Assembly: GCA_030167145.1 (NCBI GenBank)
Contig: CP126532.1
Span: 3,810,001-3,842,000, forward strand
Direction: 5' to 3'
From: Ktedonobacterales bacterium
GTDB lineage: Bacteria; Chloroflexota; Ktedonobacteria; Ktedonobacterales; JADMIN01
Length of the DNA stretch: 32,000 nucleotides
Part shown: positions 1-9,641 of the stretch, in pieces
Layout of the letters: each line of letters begins with the position of its first letter
Numbering within the stretch: the stretch's first letter is position 1
Translations under genes and position numbers: made by a program
Notes under the pieces: model-generated
Seen by the model: only the letters and a program-made list of their open reading frames with translations
Told to the model about the DNA's origin: nothing
Databases searched by the model: none

Positions 1-868
<868 letters not shown>

Positions 869-895
869 GGCGAGCAAACATCCTGATCGTTGTAG

Positions 896-1876
896 TCATG
901 TGCCAAACGTGGCGTCCGCGAGCGCGGGATGGCCGCGCAGCACGTCCGCGCTGGGCAGGGCGCGGCGGCCCTCCAATTGTACCACGTCGAGCGCGAGCGC
1001 CCCCTCGCCACAGGCGCAGGCGAGCGCGCCGTTTGGCAGCAGAAAGCACGTCCCTGGCGTGCGCTCACCAGCCACCTCAGCAACGGCATGCGCTGCCAGC
1101 AGCTTCACCTGATGTCCATTCCACGTGGTGAACGCGCCGGGCCAGGGCGTATACGCGCGCACCTGACGTGCGAGCGCGCTGGCGGGCTGGCCCCAGTCAA
1201 TGCGGCCATCCTCTTTCTTCAGCGGACGGGTCATCGTCGCCAGCGCCTCATCCTGGGCGCGCGGGATGATCTCGCCCGCCAGCCAGCGCGGCAGCGTGCG
1301 CAGCAGCAGATCTGCTCCTAACGTGGCGAGCCGGTCGAAAAGCTGTCCGACGTTCTCATCGGCGCCGATGGCTGTGCGCGCGTCGGTGAGCATCGGGCCG
1401 GTGTCGAGTCCTTCATCCATCAGCATGATTGTGACTCCGGTCTCAGCGTCGCCTGCGAGGATCGCCGCGTTGATCGGCGACGCGCCCCGCCAGCGCGGCA
1501 GCAGCGAGGCATGGACGTTCAGGCAGCCGTGGCGCGGCAGGCGCAGCACCTCTGACGGCAATATCTGGCCGAAGGCGGCGACGACGATGAGATCGGGCGC
1601 GAGCGATTGCAGCAGCGCGAATGCCTCTGGCTTGCGCAACGGACCCGGCTGGTAGACCGGCAGCACTGCTTCCAGCGCGAACTGCTTGACTGGCGCATAC
1701 GCCACCTGCCGACCGCGTCCGGCGGGCTTATCGGGGCGCGTCACCACGCCCACGATGTCCATGCCGCTGGGGAGCAGCGCGCCAGGCGCAGCACACTCAG
1801 CCAGCGCGCGCAGCGCTGGCACGGCGAAATCAGGCGTTCCCATGAAGAGTACGCGCATCGGTTCAGTTGCTGTCAT
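896..1876 (-). CDS. fmt: Methionyl-tRNA formyltransferase
   Basis: ORF 896..1990. Motifs MRVLFMGTPDFAVPAL and NVHASLLPRWRGASPI. The start is placed at the internal ATG 1876 (MTATEPMRVLF...), which is preceded by GAGGGGG. The upstream 38 codons look non-coding. Confidence 0.9.
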   Translation of the reverse strand: MTATEPMRVLFMGTPDFAVPALRALAECAAPGALLPSGMDIVGVVTRPDKPAGRGRQVAYAPVKQFALEAVLPVYQPGPLRKPEAFALLQSLAPDLIVVAAFGQILPSEVLRLPRHGCLNVHASLLPRWRGASPINAAILAGDAETGVTIMLMDEGLDTGPMLTDARTAIGADENVGQLFDRLATLGADLLLRTLPRWLAGEIIPRAQDEALATMTRPLKKEDGRIDWGQPASALARQVRAYTPWPGAFTTWNGHQVKLLAAHAVAEVAGERTPGTCFLLPNGALACACGEGALALDVVQLEGRRALPSADVLRGHPALADATFGT

Positions 1877-1991
1877 CGTTGTCTTACCCCCTCTAGGCGC
1901 CTCGTTCGCGCACCTGCCCGCCCACAGAGTATACTCATAGTCCGCAGGCGCATGCGGGCAAGCGCCGCTGGATGCGCGGGAGGACAACACT

Positions 1992-2453
1992 ATGGCAAAG
2001 AGTGGGCGGATAGATCGGGATGCCTTGATAGCGGCGGCGCGGACGGCGGCGGAGTTCGCCTATGCGCCGTATTCGGGATTCCGTGTGGGTGCGGCGGTGG
2101 TGGTGCAGACCAGCGAGGGGCCGCGTATCGTCACCGGCGCGAATATCGAGAACGCTTCGTTCGGGCTGACGCTGTGCGCCGAGCGCAACGCCCTGGCCGC
2201 CGCGCTGATGCGCGAAGACGCGACGCTCGTCCCGGACGCGCGGCCAGCCGCGCGCAGGCCGCGTATCACCCACGTTGCCATCGCCTGCATAGATGTAGAC
2301 GACGATGCCCCCGCCTGGAAACGCAGCCCCTGCGGGGCGTGCCGCCAGTGGCTCGCCGAGCTTGCGCCCGACGCCGTGTATTACGTGGACGGCATCCCCG
2401 ACGACCTGCATCTTGCCGATCTGCTGCCCTATGCTTTCCGCCTGGAAGAATAG
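1992..2453 (+). CDS. cdd: Cytidine deaminase
   Basis: 153 aa. Zinc-ligand motifs CAERNA and PCGACRQ, plus YAPYSGFRVGAA. GGGAGGA RBS upstream. Divergent from fmt. Confidence 0.9.
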   Translation: MAKSGRIDRDALIAAARTAAEFAYAPYSGFRVGAAVVVQTSEGPRIVTGANIENASFGLTLCAERNALAAALMREDATLVPDARPAARRPRITHVAIACIDVDDDAPAWKRSPCGACRQWLAELAPDAVYYVDGIPDDLHLADLLPYAFRLEE

Positions 2454-2471
2454 TCTGCGCCTACATACAGT

Positions 2472-3329
2472 ATGGGGATCTTCGAGATGCGACGACTGCT
2501 TATCACCGGAGCAAGCGGCACCCTTGGCCGCAATGTAGCGCCGATTGCTCAACAGCAGGGATGGGAAGTCTGCGGAACCTACTATACCAATCCTCCCCCG
2601 TTGCCTGGGCAGTGGTACCGGCTGGATGTACGTGACTGCCAGGCGGTCATGGCATTGATGTGTCAGATCCAGCCGGACGCTGTGGTGCATACCGCGTACC
2701 AGCCGCGTGGCCCAGAGTTGTGGGCCGCGACTGCGGAGGGGGCCGCATACGTCGCGCAGGCGGCGCAGGAACTTGGCATTCGCCTCGTCCACGTGTCGAG
2801 TGATGCGATCTTCGATGGAACGAACAATCTCTACACCGAGACGGCCAAGCCCAACCCGGTTACGCCCTATGGCGCCGCCAAGGCCGCAGCGGAGTTGGCA
2901 GTCAGCGCCATTGCCCCACGGTCTGCCATTGCGCGTACCTCGTTGACCATCAGCCGGGAGCCACTTGACCCGCATACACGCTTGGTTCTGGACCTCACCT
3001 CCGGGCAATCCTCCGGGCAGCTTTTCACCAATCAATATCGTTGCCCAATTGGCGTAGATGACCTGGCGGGGGCGCTGGTGGAGCTGGCTGCTGGCGACTT
3101 TGCGGGGATCATCAATGTAGCTGGGGCAGAGGCGCTGAGCCGGTATGACCTGGGATGCGTGATTGCCCGCGCCTATCAGCTCGATGCGGCAAAGCTTCCG
3201 GCAGCCCCGATCCCGCCACACGCTGCCTCAAAGGTGGTCGCCGATGTCCGAATTGATTCGACACTGGCGCGCTCGCTCCTGAAGACGCGCCTGCGAGGGA
3301 TAGAGGATTGGTTCGGCGTCAAGCGGTGA
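2472..3329 (+). CDS. Extended-SDR NAD(P)-dependent reductase/epimerase, RmlD (dTDP-4-dehydrorhamnose reductase)-like
   Basis: 285 aa. Rossmann motif LLITGASGTLG, VHVSSDAIFDG, and the YxxxK pair in PYGAAKAAAE. The start could instead be ATG 2487 (MRRLLITG). Confidence 0.75.
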   Translation: MGIFEMRRLLITGASGTLGRNVAPIAQQQGWEVCGTYYTNPPPLPGQWYRLDVRDCQAVMALMCQIQPDAVVHTAYQPRGPELWAATAEGAAYVAQAAQELGIRLVHVSSDAIFDGTNNLYTETAKPNPVTPYGAAKAAAELAVSAIAPRSAIARTSLTISREPLDPHTRLVLDLTSGQSSGQLFTNQYRCPIGVDDLAGALVELAAGDFAGIINVAGAEALSRYDLGCVIARAYQLDAAKLPAAPIPPHAASKVVADVRIDSTLARSLLKTRLRGIEDWFGVKR

Positions 3330-3352
3330 CGGCTGCCGTCTGTGCTACCGGC

Positions 3353-3383
3353 TTGACGCACGGCTGGCCCGCGTGCCTATACT
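3353..3383 (+). promoter_or_regulatory. Possible sigma70-type promoter for tRNA-Pro (TTGACG ... TATACT)
   Basis: TTGACG at 3353-3358 and TATACT at 3378-3383, 13 nt before the tRNA 5' end. The 19-nt spacer is longer than optimal. Confidence 0.3.
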
Positions 3384-3396
3384 ATCAGCGTCCTCG

Positions 3397-3473
3397 CGGG
3401 GTGTAGCGCAGCTGGTCAGCGCGCATGGTTTGGGACCATGAGGTCGCCGGTTCGAATCCGGCCACCCCGACCA
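3397..3473 (+). tRNA. tRNA-Pro (anticodon UGG), CCA encoded
   Basis: Hand-folded cloverleaf. Acceptor CGGGGTG/CACCCCG, anticodon stem CATGG/CCATG with loop TTTGGGA (TGG), T-arm GCCGG-TTCGAAT-CCGGC, discriminator A, then CCA. Confidence 0.93.
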
Positions 3474-3702
3474 CAATCAGGCAGCCAGTGTTTCTTGGCT
3501 GGCGCCTCGAAGTAGCGAGCATTTCCGCGATTGCCTTGCCTACGCCCGCGAAGCCACTGCGCATTTCGTTGCGCAGATCTTCGACCCTCATCACACATTT
3601 CGCTTCGGCGCGGGACATTCTCTCTTCAAAACGTTACCTCAAGTCTCGCTTCGTTCTGCGCAAACCGCGAGGCGATGCACTGTTCTGGCAGTTTCAGTAG
3701 CA

Positions 3703-4428
3703 TCACGGCTGAGCAATATAGACGAATTCGCGGCCTGGGCGGTCAGGTGCGCCGCGCATCGCTTCCACCGTGAGTTGGGCACGGGACAGCGCGTCGGTTA
3801 TCTCTGGCTGGGTACGGAACCGTAGGGTTGAATCGGACGTCAGTGTCCTTCCGTTCTTTTGGAAGACGAATACGTGGCGGAACGAGACCAGTGGCATCTG
3901 CACACCCACCAGCTCCACCCAGGACTCAATCCTGCCGACATCGGGCGCTTCGATCACCTGGTAGGAGTTCTCTCTATTCCAATCTTTCCACGCCTCCTTT
4001 GCGGGGTCGCGCGTCTCAAAGACAAGGCGTCCGCCTGGAGTAAGGGCCGCACGGCAGGCACGAAGCGTGACCACCCACTCCGCATCTGTTATGAACACTT
4101 GCGCCACATTGGCAGTCATTGTGATGAGGTCGGCCTGCAATCCTTGCATTTGTTCGGCTGAGCCAGTAATCCAACGCACATGGTCAGCGTAGGCTTTCCG
4201 TTGCGCAACCGCCAACGAAGCGGCCGCCGGATCGATCCCTATGACCTCTTTCCCTAGTGCCGCTAACCGACAGGCAAGGACGCCAGTTCCGCAGCCGAGG
4301 TCAATGACGGAGTGAGCGTTGAACTCGTCTACCATCGCGACATAAGGCGTTAGGTCTGGCCGTTCAGGGCTGTCGAGCAGGTCATAGATTTCAGCCAGTT
4401 CTGGGGTGGCGAATAGCGCGTCAGGCAT
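3703..4428 (-). CDS. Class I SAM-dependent methyltransferase
   Basis: 241 aa. Motif I VIDLGCGTGVLACRLA, followed by the acidic-loop GIDP. More A/T-ending codons than the flanking housekeeping genes (by eye). Confidence 0.85.
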   Translation of the reverse strand: MPDALFATPELAEIYDLLDSPERPDLTPYVAMVDEFNAHSVIDLGCGTGVLACRLAALGKEVIGIDPAAASLAVAQRKAYADHVRWITGSAEQMQGLQADLITMTANVAQVFITDAEWVVTLRACRAALTPGGRLVFETRDPAKEAWKDWNRENSYQVIEAPDVGRIESWVELVGVQMPLVSFRHVFVFQKNGRTLTSDSTLRFRTQPEITDALSRAQLTVEAMRGAPDRPGREFVYIAQP

Positions 4429-4446
4429 TAAGGAAAACCCTCTTTC

Positions 4447-4473
4447 ACTTGAATCTGGTTATCCCGACCTATC
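4447..4473 (+). repeat. Degenerate copy A of the tRNA-Pro 3' end (T-loop to acceptor)
   Basis: ACTTGAATCTGGTTATCCCGACCTATC. 16/21 identical to tRNA-Pro 3452-3472 and 21/27 identical to copy B at 5484-5510. Same orientation as the tRNA. Confidence 0.5.
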
Positions 4474-4528
4474 AGACACATCATCATCCCTTCGCGCCAA
4501 GGAGGTCTCTGGCAATCTGGCGGCGCGC

Positions 4529-4891
4529 TCATGCCTCTGAGCCAAAGCGCTGCTCTAACCATGCAACGGCAAACCCGGTGAGGCCCGCCGCGTCAAACAA
4601 GTAGGAAGAGGCGTTCCCGACCTGGCCGTGCGCGCCTCCGCCCGCTGCCAAGTACGCCTGCGCGATTTCCTCGAAGCTGTAGGCATCGTGGGCTTCGCTC
4701 GTGTTGTAGTCTTCGACATCAATCCAGATCGTCTGCCCGTCTTGCAGGACTGGACATTGATAGTGTATGACCGCCTTGTGCCGTAACTGGGCAAGGTATT
4801 CCGCGTGGTGCAGTAGCGTAATGGTACCAAGCGGCGCGCCCAGCATGAGTACTTGTCCTTGCCAGGCAAAGAATGTGGCCAAGGGACTCCG
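4529..4891 (-). pseudogene. Truncated aminoglycoside 3-N-acetyltransferase (AAC(3)/Antibiotic_NAT family); C-terminal ~45% only
   Basis: SPLATFFAWQGQVLMLGAPLGTITLLHHAEY...SSYLFDAAGLTGFAVAWLEQRFG aligns colinearly with the C-terminal half of AAC(3)-II type enzymes as I recall them (...GKALLLGAPLNSVTALHYAE...CYLFDAQDIVTFGVTYLEKHFG). The ~150 N-terminal residues are missing. The track's 'M' is a TTG at 4882, and similarity stops about 35 nt from the stop codon of the upstream ABM gene. Confidence 0.75.
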
Positions 4892-4924
4892 AAGCTGTAG
4901 CCGTAGTCTCGGGGATGGCGCCGC

Positions 4925-5224
4925 TCACGAGGCGACCACCACCGGCCCATCGTAGGTGTGGAGCGAGAGATGTTCCATGATCCCACTGCTCTGCATCCAC
5001 TCCCGATATCGCTGAGCGCCCGCCCGACCGAGATCCTCCGATTCCCACTCAGCCACCGCGACAGTGGTGCGCGCATCGGCCCGCATCAGCCGATAGCGGA
5101 TGAAGCCGGGCTGCTGGCGGAAGACCGTCAGTCCTCCCTCTTCAATCCGGCGAATCAAATCCTGCCCCACAGCGGATGTCAGGTCGATGTCCCAGTTGGC
5201 TATGGTGGAGCGGAGATAGGTCAT
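4925..5224 (-). CDS. ABM (antibiotic-biosynthesis-monooxygenase-like) ferredoxin-fold protein, ~100 aa
   Basis: Internal ATG at 5224 is preceded by AGGAGGG. MTYLRSTIANW...FRQQPGFIRYRLMRADARTTVAVAEWESEDLGRAGAQRYREWM fits the ABM pattern (pGf..y.l...d....v.v..Wes.e). Confidence 0.6.
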   Translation of the reverse strand: MTYLRSTIANWDIDLTSAVGQDLIRRIEEGGLTVFRQQPGFIRYRLMRADARTTVAVAEWESEDLGRAGAQRYREWMQSSGIMEHLSLHTYDGPVVVAS

Positions 5225-5442
5225 CGCTCGTCCCTCCTGTCTTCTCTTCCGACTCATTTGTCGGCCTGGGTGCGCAGCACCGCTCATGCGCCCGCGTAGT
5301 TCTCCGCCGATTATAGCATTAGGCATCGCTGGGTGAGGTACGTGAACATTCTCACTCAACTGGTCATGCATTCGCCAACGGCGGGTCTGCGGTATATACT
5401 AGGGAGAAGTCGGACTGGTAGCCGCTAGCTTTGGTTGATCTG

Positions 5443-5477
5443 CCGAGCCATCGCATACGTAGTGCGCGATGGCTCGG
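5443..5477. repeat. Perfect 12-bp-stem inverted repeat (hairpin)
   Basis: CCGAGCCATCGC (5443-5454), an 11-nt loop containing TACGTA, then GCGATGGCTCGG (5466-5477). No T/U tract on either strand. Lies 6 nt before repeat copy B. Confidence 0.8.
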
Positions 5478-5483
5478 TGTTCA

Positions 5484-5510
5484 ACTTGAATCCAGCCACG
5501 CCGACCTATC
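5484..5510 (+). repeat. Degenerate copy B of the tRNA-Pro 3' end
   Basis: ACTTGAATCCAGCCACGCCGACCTATC. Positions 5486-5506 match tRNA-Pro 3452-3472 at 18/21. The sequence upstream cannot form a T-stem, so this is a partial 3'-end copy, not a tRNA pseudogene. Confidence 0.55.
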
Positions 5511-5644
5511 GAGCTTCTTACTAAGCCTATTCCCTATGATCTCGTGACGCGAGCCGTACGTTTTCTCCTGATAGAGAGTTAGGCCAGCCAACGCGCGAAT
5601 ATTGCGGAATGTCGTCTCGTACATGCCTGCGCGCCAAGGCTTCG

Positions 5645-6709
5645 TTAACTGAGATCGCGGACGATGCGGCGGGCAATGCCTGGTCCTTCATAGATGAAGC
5701 TCGTGTAGAGTTGCACCAGGACTGCACCGGCATCCAGCATACGGCGGGCATCCTCGCCTGTGAAGATACCACCGCAGCCGATAATCGGCAGCCGGTCGCC
5801 CGCACGCGCATGCAGCCGCCGCACGACGCTGAGCGCGCGTTCGCGTAGCGGGCGCCCACTCAATCCTCCCTGCTCAGCGCGCAATGCTTGAGGCACGCCC
5901 GCGCTGAGGCCGTCGCGGCTGACGGTGGTATTGACGGCGATCAGCCCGCTGGCTTCGCGATCCAGACACACCGCTACCACCTCATCCAGCGCCGCGTCAT
6001 CCAGGTCCGGCGCGACCTTCACGAAGAGCGGCTTGGGCGCGGCGCGGCCATCGTTGGCGGCGCGATAGCGCAGCCGGGCGGCCAGCGCGGCGAGCAGCGC
6101 ATCCAGCCGGTCGCGTTCGTGCAGCGCCCGCAGCCCTGGCGTATTCGGCGAGCTGATATTGACGGCAAAGTAGTCGCCATAGGGATAGAGCAGATCGAGC
6201 GATTGCAGATAGTCGTCGAGCGCCTCATCCAGCGGCGTGATCTTCGACTTGCCCAGGCTGATGCCCAGCGGCACGGGCAGCTTCGGCATGCGCGCGAGCC
6301 GCGCGGCGACCGCTGCCGCGCCCTGGTTGTTGAAGCCCATGCGGTTCACCAGCGCCTCGTCGCTCGTCAGGCGGAAGAGCCGTGGCCGTGGATTGCCGGA
6401 TTGGGCATGGTAGGTGACGGTGCCAATCTCGACGAAGCCGAACCCCAGCGCCACAAGCGCTGGCACGGCGACGGCGTTCTTATCGAAGCCAGCGGCAAGC
6501 CCGATGGGATTGGGGAAGCGCAGCCCGCATACCTCACGGGCCAGTGTGTCGCTCGCGGGCTGGCCCAGCCGCGAAGCAGCGGCTAGCGCGGCGGTGAGCG
6601 TGGGCGAACGCGAGACGCTCGCCAGCATGCCAAGCACGCGCTCGTGTATCGTCTCCGCATCGCGTCCGACGCCGAAGAGCGCGGGGCGAATCGCCCGCCG
6701 GTAGAACAT
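5645..6709 (-). CDS. pyrD: Dihydroorotate dehydrogenase (quinone), class 2
   Basis: 354 aa. [36 protein letters not shown]. Last gene of the pyr operon. Confidence 0.92.
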   Translation of the reverse strand: MFYRRAIRPALFGVGRDAETIHERVLGMLASVSRSPTLTAALAAASRLGQPASDTLAREVCGLRFPNPIGLAAGFDKNAVAVPALVALGFGFVEIGTVTYHAQSGNPRPRLFRLTSDEALVNRMGFNNQGAAAVAARLARMPKLPVPLGISLGKSKITPLDEALDDYLQSLDLLYPYGDYFAVNISSPNTPGLRALHERDRLDALLAALAARLRYRAANDGRAAPKPLFVKVAPDLDDAALDEVVAVCLDREASGLIAVNTTVSRDGLSAGVPQALRAEQGGLSGRPLRERALSVVRRLHARAGDRLPIIGCGGIFTGEDARRMLDAGAVLVQLYTSFIYEGPGIARRIVRDLS

Positions 6710-6714
6710 CGCCG

Positions 6715-7359
6715 CTACGCCCCCGCCTGATACGCGCGCACGCGCGTATAGGTCTCGTCATCTATGCCGCCGCTGGCGCGCCAGTAGTCGAGCAACTGGC
6801 TCAGGCGGACGGCGGCATGCAGCGTGTAGCCCGCACTGGCAAGCTGCGCTGGTCCGCCCTGCTCGCGGTCCACCAGCACCACGATATCGCGCACGCGCAG
6901 ACCGTTGGTTTCCAGTACGCGCGCCGCTTCTAGCTTGCTATCCGCGTGGCTGACCACATCGTCTATCGCCAGCACCGTCTCCCCCGTCGTAAATGTGCCG
7001 TTGATCGAACCGCCCGCGCCGTGCGACTTCACCTCGCGCGGGGTAATCATCGGCACGCGCGTCATGTGCGAGAGAACGGCGACCAGCGGCGTCGCGGCCA
7101 TCGGGATGCCCGCGTAGCGGGTGAAACTCAGGTTGCGCGTGGCGATCAACTCACCCAGAACGGCGACGGCGGCATCCAGCGCATCGGGATAGGATTGCAG
7201 CACGCGCAGGTCTACGTAGATCGGCGAGAGCGGCGCGTCGGGCTGCGTCTCGTGCAGCTTCAGGCGGAATGCTCCGAACTTTACCGCGCCCACCGCCAGC
7301 AGCGCATCGGCGAACGCGCGCTGCTTCTCCGTCATCGTCTCCGTCTCAGGCTGGCTCAT
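6715..7359 (-). CDS. pyrE: Orotate phosphoribosyltransferase
   Basis: 214 aa. PRPP-binding loop [13 protein letters not shown], and [12 protein letters not shown] start/stop overlap with pyrF at 7356-7359. Confidence 0.9.
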   Translation of the reverse strand: MSQPETETMTEKQRAFADALLAVGAVKFGAFRLKLHETQPDAPLSPIYVDLRVLQSYPDALDAAVAVLGELIATRNLSFTRYAGIPMAATPLVAVLSHMTRVPMITPREVKSHGAGGSINGTFTTGETVLAIDDVVSHADSKLEAARVLETNGLRVRDIVVLVDREQGGPAQLASAGYTLHAAVRLSQLLDYWRASGGIDDETYTRVRAYQAGA

Positions 7360-8267
7360 GCGCTTGCTCCTTGTGCCGCGTGGCGTAGCTCGTTGATGGC
7401 CGTTTGCAGCCGTAGCGCCTCACGCCGCGCCGCCGCCGCGAAGTCGTCTCCGCTGCTGGCGTAGAGAATGCCGCGCGATGAGCTAATTAGCAGCCCCGCG
7501 CGCTGGCTATCCAATCCGGCGCGCACCGTCCCCTCAAGGTCGCCGCCCTGCGCGCCGATGCCCGGCACGAGAATCGGGATATTTCCGGCTACCCCGCGCA
7601 CGCGCCGCAGCTCATCGGGATAGGTGGCGCCCACCACCAGCCCGCAGTTCCCGCGCGCGTTCCACTCGTTCGCCACTCGCCGAGCCAGCGCCAGATACAG
7701 CGGCTCCGTGCTGCCGTCATCGCGCGGCACCGGCAGATCCTGGAACTCGCCCGCGCCCGGATTCGAGGTGCGGCAGAGGATGAACGCGCCGCGCTCGCTG
7801 CGCTCCAGAAACGGGGCGAGCGCCTCGCGGCCCAGATACGGGTGCAACGTCACCGCGTCCGCGCCGTACACATCGAAGATCGCGTGTGCATACGCCTGGC
7901 TGGTGCTGCCGATGTCGCCGCGTTTGGCGTCGAGCAGCACGGGCACGTCGGGATGGCGCTCGTGGATATGCGCGATGGTGCGCAGCAGGGCGCGCTGCCC
8001 GGCGAGGCCGTGCGCTTCGTAGAAGGCGGCATTCGGCTTGAACGCGCAGACCAGATCAGCGGTGGCGTCTATGATCGCGATATTGAAGGCGACGATGGCC
8101 GCTTCGATATGCTCATCCGTATCCCCGCCCGCGCGCACGGCGGCGGGTAGCCGCTCGAATTCGGGGTCCAGCCCAACGCAGAGCAGCGCATCCGCGTCGC
8201 GCCAACGCGCGCGCAGCCGCTCCATGAACGCGCTACTGCTGCCGTCTGTGTGTCCGTTCACATCCAT
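7356..8267 (-). CDS. pyrF: Orotidine-5'-phosphate decarboxylase (long, type 2)
   Basis: ORF 7356..8513. LCVGLDPEFERLP, LLDAKRGDIGST, LVPGIGAQGG. The start is placed at ATG 8267 (MDVNGHTD...); the Cys/Arg-rich upstream 82 codons look non-coding. Confidence 0.88.
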   Translation of the reverse strand: MDVNGHTDGSSSAFMERLRARWRDADALLCVGLDPEFERLPAAVRAGGDTDEHIEAAIVAFNIAIIDATADLVCAFKPNAAFYEAHGLAGQRALLRTIAHIHERHPDVPVLLDAKRGDIGSTSQAYAHAIFDVYGADAVTLHPYLGREALAPFLERSERGAFILCRTSNPGAGEFQDLPVPRDDGSTEPLYLALARRVANEWNARGNCGLVVGATYPDELRRVRGVAGNIPILVPGIGAQGGDLEGTVRAGLDSQRAGLLISSSRGILYASSGDDFAAAARREALRLQTAINELRHAAQGASA

Positions 8268-8382
8268 TCTCGTCCGCTCCCGCTCGTCATCTGTCCCGCT
8301 ATTGCGCGCAAGCCCGCTCGATGGCGCAATCTCCGCTATTGTACCAGCGCATGCAGGGCCAGCACCAATGAAACGGCTACGG

Positions 8383-8928
8383 CTAGCCGTCTTCGCGGCG
8401 GGCGCTGCGCGGCGGCAGCACCGGCAGCGACAGCACCAGATCGAAATCGTCATCGGCGGCGATGCGGTTGAAGCGCTCGAAGCCGCAGCCGAGGCAGCGA
8501 TGGACCAGCACATGCTCGCCGTTGGGCCGCTGGAACGCGCCGATTGGCTCCATCAGCGAACGGCATGTGCTGGCGCGGTCGCCGGAGCGGGTCGCGTCCA
8601 CATGGCGCGAGTAGAGGCAGAGCGGGCAGTGGTTGCGATGCGAGCCGCCGCTGGGCAGCAACCCGATGAAGCGGTGGCAGTGGCCGCAAGTGAAGGTTTG
8701 CTCCAGCGTATGGCCGTGCCCCCGCTGCGGGTGGCGCTGCGGAATCTCTTCGCGCGGCATGCGCGTGCGGCGCGGCTCGCCATCCTGTCGCCGCCCCTTG
8801 CCCTGCGCGCCAGGATTGCCGGGGTGTCCCGCATCGCGTTCACGGCGCTTGTCGTGTGCGGATACGTGCGTGCTGTCCATGTGCGCGTCGTCGCGCGGCC
8901 AGCGTTTGGATTTGGGCGTGGATGCCAT
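8383..8928 (-). CDS. RNHCP-domain zinc-finger protein with a basic, low-complexity N-terminus
   Basis: FTCGHCHRFIG...HRNHCPLCLYSRHVD...HRCLGCG matches the RNHCP-domain Cys/His pattern. The start is taken at ATG 8928 (MASTPKSKR...). Confidence 0.7.
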   Translation of the reverse strand: MASTPKSKRWPRDDAHMDSTHVSAHDKRRERDAGHPGNPGAQGKGRRQDGEPRRTRMPREEIPQRHPQRGHGHTLEQTFTCGHCHRFIGLLPSGGSHRNHCPLCLYSRHVDATRSGDRASTCRSLMEPIGAFQRPNGEHVLVHRCLGCGFERFNRIAADDDFDLVLSLPVLPPRSARREDG

Positions 8929-8941
8929 ATAACCTACCACT

Positions 8942-9601
8942 CTATGCTGTTTGGGGCGTGAAAAGGCGCACATATTCGCGCGACAGGTCGTGTGGAATCG
9001 TGCCGGAGCCGTCGAGAATCAGCGAGGCACGATTCTGGGGCCGTTGGGAAGCGATATAGCGATCTTCGGCAATCATCCAGTCGTTTTCCCATCGCTCGCG
9101 TATCTGTTCGCCACTTCGCGCGATGCCCCGCGCCAGACGTAGCTCGCGCGGACATTCAACCCAGATAGTGAAATCATAATACGAAGCCAATGCGTCGCGT
9201 GTGGAATAGACACCTTCGACGATCACGATAGCGCCAGGCGGGACACAATGCTCTTCGGCGAGGCGGTCGGTTTCCCAGTCGTAACGCCGATACGCCGCTG
9301 TACAGCGTTTCGAGAGCGGGCGAAGCACCTGATCGCGAACACGCCACCAATCGAAGTCGCCACCGATTGGCTTGGTAAGCGGATCGTCTGCTGACCGCTC
9401 AGCCGAAGGGAGAAAGAAGTCGTCCATCTCTACGACCGCTGCGTTTGGCATATCCTGCGCCAGCGCTCGCGCGAAGACACTCTTACCTGCCCCACCTGGT
9501 CCATCTACGCCAACCAGCAAGGTAGCGCCCTGGTGATGCATGGATACCAGCATCGCGCGCAGTGCGGCTATTGGCTCGACAACGAAGTGTTCGCTCAGCA
9601 T
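8942..9601 (-). CDS. P-loop NTPase, uridine-kinase-like
   Basis: Walker A GVDGPGGAGKS. VVEMDDFF, and IVIVEGVYS as a Walker-B-like strand. Start at ATG 9601 (MLSEHF...) avoids overlap with panC; the longer track ORF begins at 9718. Confidence 0.7.
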   Translation of the reverse strand: MLSEHFVVEPIAALRAMLVSMHHQGATLLVGVDGPGGAGKSVFARALAQDMPNAAVVEMDDFFLPSAERSADDPLTKPIGGDFDWWRVRDQVLRPLSKRCTAAYRRYDWETDRLAEEHCVPPGAIVIVEGVYSTRDALASYYDFTIWVECPRELRLARGIARSGEQIRERWENDWMIAEDRYIASQRPQNRASLILDGSGTIPHDLSREYVRLFTPQTA

Positions 9602-9641
9602 GTTGGATACTGTTCGCAGACAGCGGCGCAAGAGATGCTCG

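Noticed and set aside
1935-3221. 428-aa minus-strand ORF spanning cdd and the SDR gene (also 1607..2635 +)
   Set aside because: It is antisense or out of frame to two motif-supported genes. Its Arg/Gly/Pro/Cys-rich composition with no motif is typical of shadow ORFs in high-GC DNA.
3385-3700. ORFs 3385..3618 (-), 3416..3598 (-) and 3425..3700 (+) around tRNA-Pro
   Set aside because: They read through the tRNA gene itself and have no RBS or motif. The region 3474-3702 is better treated as non-coding.
5400-5512. tRNA or tmRNA pseudogene containing the 12-bp hairpin and the tRNA-like 3' end
   Set aside because: No acceptor-stem complement (CGGCGTG) lies upstream, no D or anticodon arms are present, and a T-stem cannot form. 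Only the 3'-terminal ~21 nt resemble tRNA-Pro.
8268-8513. N-terminal extensions of track ORFs (pyrF to 8513; likewise fmt to 1990, GT2 to 29001, FKBP to 27999, kinase-like to 9718, SPFH-like from 15280)
   Set aside because: The extensions are Cys/Arg/Ala-rich and lack homology to the families. They overlap neighbouring genes or promoters, and internal starts carry proper Shine-Dalgarno sequences.
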